Assembly (NCBI GenBank): GCA_963662405.2
Contig: CAXXKT010000001.1
Coordinates: forward strand, 2,624,001 to 2,688,000
From: Syntrophales bacterium
GTDB lineage: Bacteria > Desulfobacterota > Syntrophia > Syntrophales > UBA2210
DNA: 64,000 nucleotides
Direction of reading: 5' to 3'
The notes under the pieces: generated by a model
The model's database searches: none
Told to the model about the DNA's origin: nothing
The model's input: the letters and a program-made list of their open reading frames with translations, nothing else
Part shown: piece by piece, positions 60,252 to 64,000 of the stretch
Numbering within the stretch: the stretch's first letter is position 1
Layout of the letters: each line of letters starts with the position of its first letter
Made by a program: the position numbers and the translations under genes

Positions 60252-60281
60252 GTCACCTCCATGTTTTTCCCGTATGCTCAT

Positions 60282-60297
60282 TGCTATCTCCGTGCCA
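60282..60297 (-). promoter_or_regulatory. Sigma54 (-24/-12) promoter
   Basis: TGGCACG-GAGA-TAGCA with canonical GG-N10-GC spacing. Confidence 0.75.
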
Positions 60298-60405
60298 CAC
60301 AAAAAAAGGCAATTAGGTATAGATCTAATCGCCCGTAATTAAAGCAAATCCTTGTTGATAAGGTTTAATTCACGCCATGGAGGCTTTCCGAAAAATATCG
60401 TGGCA

Positions 60406-60443
60406 GTGACCGTTACTCGTCACAAGTGACGCCTGGCGGTCAC
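60406..60443. promoter_or_regulatory. Tandem enhancer-like palindromes GTGAC-N8-GTCAC x2
   Basis: 60406-60423 and 60426-60443, ~110-145 bp upstream of -24 element. Confidence 0.7.
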
Positions 60444-61807
60444 TTCTTTGTGATTCCTAATCGTTTTAATCTACCCTTCAGTGTGGTCTCGTTCAGGCCT
60501 AAGTGCTCTGCGGCTGCCCTTTTGGTTTGATGTTTTTCAACCGCAAATTGATAGTGGACTTTTCGCAGCTCGGCTTCGGTCATATCCAAGAGGTGGTCAG
60601 TTTCAGAAAGTTCTTTGTTCTTGGGTGCTGGCAGTGGGTCTGTCTCTCTTAATTCACCGGTCAGTCCAACATACTTTTTACAGTCGGCGATCAGTTTTCG
60701 ATGTTTTGCCGTCGGTTTTTTGAATAACAGAGATTCAGGTGGAACGGGAGGTAGCACTCTTCCCGTACGCTCAGAGAGTAGGTTGATGTTGGCCATGCAA
60801 CTTTTGCAGAAGAGGCCACTGAAAAGGTCCAACCCAAAAAAAAGGTCAAGGTGAGACAAGTTATCAAGGGATACATTTTCAAAAGGTTTCGCTGTGTTGT
60901 GACAATCGAGCCCAATAGAAAAGCGGTTGAGTTCCTTTTCCAAAAACGCAACATCGATGCCGTTCATTTTTAGGCTGTTGTAGAAGCGTTGACAGGCATA
61001 CCATGTCAATTTCGTCTGTGTCATTGTCGCAGCTTCGAAAAAACTCGAATCTATGGAAGGAATATGGCGGTTGGGGTTTTTTATTCTTTCAATTTTTATA
61101 CATTCGATTTCCTTACAAAAGGTCTCTAACTCGCGAACGTTCCCGGGCCAGTTATGGGAAAGCAAGGTCATCATCTCCCAAGGATGAAGTTCCCGCAGTG
61201 TGTCCAGCGCGAAATAGGCGAAGTAATATAAAATATCCTCGCGCCGCTCATGAAGAGCGGGAACAGTGAAGTGGAAAAACCGGTGGTAAAAGTCTGGGCG
61301 AAAGTCTTTTTCAGTATCGAACCGTTTATTCGTGGTCGCTATTATTTGGATATCCTTTGCTGTGCTTATCTTATTATCACCAAGACGAACGTATTGATTA
61401 TCTTCAATAAACGTCAGGAGCTTCGATTGAGTGAAGGGAGTCAATTCACCGATTTCTTCCAGAATGAGCAAGTCAGCCTTTTCAACAAGTCCTTCTCTCG
61501 TCTCGGCTGCTCCAGTAAATGCACCCTTGCGGTGGCCAAATAATTGAGACTCAATGAGGGTTTCGGGAAAAGCGGAAATATTGACGTGTACCACAGCCGC
61601 ATCTGGATTTTTTTCTCCATACTGTTTTTTAAACTCTTTGACGAAAAGGGTTTTACCGACCCCCGTATCCCCCATGATCATTAGAGGCGTCTTGCGTTTT
61701 GAGCTCAACAGGACATCACAGACAGCTTCAAAACTCTCCATGGATCTATCAAGGGATGGCGGAACAAGCCACCACGTCCTTTCCTTTTTTTCTATTTCCG
61801 TCCCCAT
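60440..61807 (-). CDS. Sigma54-dependent enhancer-binding protein without N-terminal sensor domain
   Basis: GDTGVGKT, ESQLFGH.KGAFTGA, WPGNVREL, C-terminal Fis HTH. Confidence 0.9.
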   Translation of the reverse strand: MGTEIEKKERTWWLVPPSLDRSMESFEAVCDVLLSSKRKTPLMIMGDTGVGKTLFVKEFKKQYGEKNPDAAVVHVNISAFPETLIESQLFGHRKGAFTGAAETREGLVEKADLLILEEIGELTPFTQSKLLTFIEDNQYVRLGDNKISTAKDIQIIATTNKRFDTEKDFRPDFYHRFFHFTVPALHERREDILYYFAYFALDTLRELHPWEMMTLLSHNWPGNVRELETFCKEIECIKIERIKNPNRHIPSIDSSFFEAATMTQTKLTWYACQRFYNSLKMNGIDVAFLEKELNRFSIGLDCHNTAKPFENVSLDNLSHLDLFFGLDLFSGLFCKSCMANINLLSERTGRVLPPVPPESLLFKKPTAKHRKLIADCKKYVGLTGELRETDPLPAPKNKELSETDHLLDMTEAELRKVHYQFAVEKHQTKRAAAEHLGLNETTLKGRLKRLGITKK

Positions 61808-61812
61808 GCTTA

Positions 61813-63003
61813 CTACTCCCTGTGTTTTTCGATGGTATGTACTTCGATACCCTTGCCGCCGTTAAAGGTCGCTTCAATCCCGTTCACGGCGTCCCGCTTA
61901 TGATCCGGGGAGAGGTGACTGTACCGTTCCGACATGCTGATTGACTTATGACCCATAAGGCGAGCAATGGTATAGAGGGGGGTTCCCTGAATTGCAAGCC
62001 AGGAAGCAAAGGTGTGTCTCAGGGTATGAAAAACAATCCTTTGACGGGGATCGTTAACCCCCTCATTAAATTTCAGTCGATCGACAACCCGGCCAAAGGC
62101 GTTTGATACCTCCTTGATCTGCTCACTGTCCTTCGTTGTAAAGATCAAGGCGCTCCGATCTTCCGGCATCCTTCGCCGAAGAATATCTTGCACATCTTTT
62201 GTCATGGGAGCATATCGGGTTTCTTTATTTTTGGTATCTCTGAGAGCTATCAAGTCGTGATTAAGGTCAATGTCGCTCCCGGTCAGACTGAAGAGTTCCC
62301 CCGCACGTGCTCCTGTATGCAGAGATACAAGAGCCATGTCGTGCAACTGAGGGTCTTTCAACTCTTTATATTCTTCTTTGTTCCAAGGGTTTCGTTTGAG
62401 TTCCTTCAATAAGGCGTTCGCTTCCTCTACTGAGAGAAAACGGTTTCTTTGGTTCTGTATCGAAGGCATCTTGACACCCCTCACAGGGTTCGGACCCTGA
62501 TACACGCCCCAGGTTGCGGCCTTATTATAAATCTGTCTTATCAGTACCAGACAATGTTTCACCGTTGCAGGGGAGTAGTCTTTTTTCAAAAGGTCGTTTT
62601 TCATTCGTTCCAAATCGAATGGAGAAATTGAATCAAGGCGTTCATTCGCAAAACGATCCTTGATGTAGCAGTTGTAGCGGGAAATATCATCGGAACCGCC
62701 TCTGCTTTTGTTTAGCTTTGCCCATCCTTCGTATTTTGTCCATACATCAGAGAGTAGGGGAGCCTTCTTTTTCTGTTTAGGCAATTCCTTACCGTGGCGT
62801 TTTGATTGCATCCTATCTGCCCTAATATCAGAAGCAAGTTTTGCAGTATATCCCTCTGACAACCAGCCTATCTTTTCCCACACCTTCTTTCCATCCAGCT
62901 TATAGGTGATATCAAGGCACACATCGGGTTTCCCTTTGAAAGTTCGTTCCAAAGATTCACGCTGATACACCCCCAGGTACTTCGTTCTTTTTCTGGTTGC
63001 CAT
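61813..63003 (-). CDS. int: Tyrosine integrase of element 2
   Basis: TGAR, TK, HTLRHTFAS, MGH, RYSH. Confidence 0.95.
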   Translation of the reverse strand: MATRKRTKYLGVYQRESLERTFKGKPDVCLDITYKLDGKKVWEKIGWLSEGYTAKLASDIRADRMQSKRHGKELPKQKKKAPLLSDVWTKYEGWAKLNKSRGGSDDISRYNCYIKDRFANERLDSISPFDLERMKNDLLKKDYSPATVKHCLVLIRQIYNKAATWGVYQGPNPVRGVKMPSIQNQRNRFLSVEEANALLKELKRNPWNKEEYKELKDPQLHDMALVSLHTGARAGELFSLTGSDIDLNHDLIALRDTKNKETRYAPMTKDVQDILRRRMPEDRSALIFTTKDSEQIKEVSNAFGRVVDRLKFNEGVNDPRQRIVFHTLRHTFASWLAIQGTPLYTIARLMGHKSISMSERYSHLSPDHKRDAVNGIEATFNGGKGIEVHTIEKHRE

Positions 63004-63087
63004 GTCCGGGCTCCTTTTTTATTGACCGTCAGAAGGGAATGAGCTATATAGCCACAACTTGACAAGAGAGTACGTTGCTTTGGCTCC

Positions 63088-63152
63088 GTGCTACCCTATT
63101 GCTACCCCTAGGAATGAAAAAGGGTTATTTTAAATTAAGTTCAATGCTACCC
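63088..63152 (+). repeat. Putative arm-type sites of element 2 (TGCTACCC x3)
   Basis: 63089, 63100, 63145. Confidence 0.75.
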
Positions 63153-63234
63153 AAGCAAGCTATAAGTGCTCTATATTATGTTGGTAACTATGTCAAATGA
63201 AATTAGGTGAAATAGGCTGAATACGCCATGTGAG

Positions 63235-63282
63235 GGACTTCTAATCCGTAGGTCCCGGGTTCGAATCCCTGCTGGCGTACCA
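63235..63282 (+). repeat. att core copy 3 (attR of element 2)
   Basis: 3' 48 bp of tRNA-Arg; identity with left end continues to 63344. Confidence 0.95.
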
Positions 63283-63293
63283 TATAGATACGT

Positions 63294-63371
63294 GGTGGGT
63301 GTAGCTCAGTTGGTTAGAGTGCCTGGTTGTGGCCCAGGAGGTCGCCGGTTCAAATCCGGTCACTCACCCCA
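63294..63371 (+). tRNA. tRNA-His(GTG), copy 2 (probably original host copy)
   Basis: Complete cloverleaf, T stem GCCGG/CCGGT, CCA. Confidence 0.95.
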
Positions 63372-63401
63372 AGACATGCCCTGAAATGTTGGGCACTTAG
63401 C

Positions 63402-63434
63402 CGGAAAAGGGGTCTCATTGAGACCCCTTTTCCG
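63402..63434. terminator. Bidirectional intrinsic terminator
   Basis: CGGAAAAGGGGTCTC-ATT-GAGACCCCTTTTCCG. Confidence 0.85.
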
Positions 63435-63439
63435 TTATC

Positions 63440-63631
63440 AAAATCGATAACACCCGTCGCATGTCTGTCGGTGTCTTTCAAATCGTCCGACCCAACCATA
63501 AGATATCGCTCAAATGCTGCATTGGTCGTGTGCGTGCCGGTACGTTTAATCTGCTCCGGGGAGAAGTGTTTCCTCAGCGCCTGGGCCCAACCGTGACGGG
63601 CTCCGGCGCAAGGATCGACACCTTGGTTCAT
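63440..63631 (-). pseudogene. C-terminal remnant of a tyrosine recombinase
   Basis: RH.WAQAL...H.TN.AFERY resembles box II with catalytic Tyr. Confidence 0.5.
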
Positions 63632-64000
63632 CCAGGCTTTTTCCCTATACCGAGCCGAGCATCAAAAAGATAAGCATCCACCGACAGTTCAGGTGAAGCA
63701 GAAATTCATATTCCGGTCAAGTCGATATCCGGTCTCCTCCGGAGGCGCAACGAAGATCCCGCGGCGGGGCCTAAGGATGGTGAAGGTGGTAAAAAACGAT
63801 CGATACGTATCGGCCGACCAGCCCTCCCCCGGAAGACAGCTCATACATGAACGGACTGGTGTCCCGAGATATATATTTGCCCGGCTCCTTACTCAGAAGC
63901 CTGCGGCTTGTGTTCAGTGTCGCCGGGAACCGTATCCGAGCAATCGTCCAACCCTGGGATCACTGCCGGAGCGGCGTTTGTGTCTCTCATATCTTCGATG

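Larger units (their letters stand above)
44027..63282. mobile_element. Element 2: PICI-like phage satellite (~19.2 kb) with cassette arrays
   Basis: att repeats; GTGCTACCCTATTGCTACCC at both ends; int, xis-like, Prim-Pol, Nu1-like, cos; no structural genes. Confidence 0.85.

Noticed and set aside
42862..63003. Either tyrosine recombinase being the integron integrase
   Set aside because: Both abut tRNA att sites with their own arm repeats, are far from the attI-like sites, and show no IntI-specific insert by eye; an IntI HMM search would be decisive

Overview
Bacterial window, tentatively a Desulfobacterota/Syntrophales-like host (inference only). It is almost entirely filled by two mobile elements integrated in tandem at a tRNA-Arg(TCT) gene, with a 48-bp att core at 2372, 44027 and 63235. 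Element 1 (~2.4-44.1 kb) is a lambda-cos-type prophage with integrase, repressor switch, P4-type primase-helicase, two DNA methyltransferases, TerS and GpA-type TerL, but no recognisable portal, capsid or tail genes. Its left half holds a second tRNA-His, a few host-like genes and a defence hotspot (AbiE, Gabija, HEPN and Ntn-hydrolase genes, a Rad50/SMC-like ATPase, a dual-OB/DUF488 operon). Element 2 (~44.0-63.3 kb) is a PICI-like satellite with integrase, a sigma54 activator with matching enhancer and -24/-12 promoter, an Xis-like HTH, Prim-Pol/helicase, a cos-like site and a Nu1-like protein. The most unusual feature is a non-coding leader of up to ~540 bp shared by both elements (7 full or partial copies). 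It begins at an integron-type GTT crossover and contains TTGACA-N17-TA, an SD-ATG-NNN-TGA/palindrome and an intrinsic terminator. In three copies it ends in an attI-like site followed by attC cassette arrays. There are 12 cassettes in all, one of them on the minus strand, many HEPN- or nuclease-like, and no intI in the window. Four IS elements lie in or beside these leaders. All protein calls are from motif reading, not database searches.
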